A DNA stretch of 64,000 nt from assembly GCF_016432865.1 (NCBI RefSeq), contig NC_067401.1:190278001-190342000 (forward strand), read 5' to 3'. Shown piece by piece: positions 63,480 through 64,000 of the stretch. Position 1 is the first letter of the stretch; each line of letters starts with the position of its first letter. The DNA is from Antechinus flavipes. Its lineage: Eukaryota. Both the position numbers and the translations under genes were made by a program. The notes beneath the pieces were generated by a model. The model searched no databases, was not told the origin of the DNA, and saw nothing but the letters and a program-made list of their open reading frames with translations.

Positions 63480-64000
63480 AACGTCGGGAGTACGACGAAT
63501 AGCAAAAACTTTTCCTGCCCTCAAGGGGCGTGAGTTTATTAGGTGAAACAATATACAAATGCTCTCTCCTGGAATATCCCCAACCCTCACGTACATCGTT
63601 ACTATGGCAACAGTGCTCGAACTCGGGCCACTCGAAGGTGGTGATCATAGCAACAACAGGGGTTTCCGAACGTCCGGGGTTCGAGCTGGAATTCCCGCCA
63701 TGTCACCATAGCAACGAGAAAGGAAGACATAAAGAGCCGTAGGCCGAAGAGATGGAGAGAGGGAGGGTTCTCACCAGAAAAGGGAGACGTTATCTCCTTT
63801 ACACGGTCCACCGCAGCAATTCCCTCTGCCCTCTCGGGAAGACCAGACGGGCGCAGAGTGATGACGTTTAGGGGAGGGATCTGGAACTGGTAGGCTCTGT
63901 AACCTAGGCGGCCGGAGGGGAAGGCACTTCCCTTTAGGCCTTGCGCCATTTCCGGCACTGTTTCTTTTCTACACTCTTCCCCACTACCTGCCTTGTTTCT
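63480..64000. promoter_or_regulatory. CpG-rich promoter with NELFE first exon; probable bidirectional NELFE/SKIV2L promoter
   Basis: CpG density rises sharply. Minus-strand donor CTG|GTGAGA at 63775/63774. Composite GCGCCATTTCCGG (YY1+ETS) at 63943-63955. The SKIV2L assignment rests only on conserved mammalian synteny; no SKIV2L coding sequence was seen. Confidence 0.75.

Noticed and set aside
63668-63690. Pol III B-box-like GGTTCGAGCTG suggesting a tRNA gene
   Set aside because: Imperfect box, with no A-box, cloverleaf or oligo-T terminator.

Overview
Vertebrate genomic DNA from the MHC class III region of a marsupial. The WSINE1-like CORE-SINEs and L1 3' ends suggest an Australian dasyurid-type species (inference). 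The right half holds three intact genes, resolved exon by exon by hand: complement C2 (+, 18 exons, 763 aa), complement factor B (CFB, +, 18 exons, 757 aa, one GC-AG intron) and NELFE/RDBP (-, 10 coding exons, 388 aa). It ends in a CpG-rich promoter, by synteny the NELFE/SKIV2L bidirectional promoter. The left ~35 kb has no recognisable host gene and is a dense stack of retroelements. Its core is a nested 13.5 kb block with a perfect 6-bp TSD: an L1 was hit by a class II (beta-like) ERV-A, whose 5' LTR was hit by a second beta-like ERV-B, which was hit in turn by a solo LTR. Several ERVs appear to share modules across class I and class II. There is one 157-N gap in C2 intron 3. All homology statements come from visual recognition of motifs and recalled human sequences, not from database searches.
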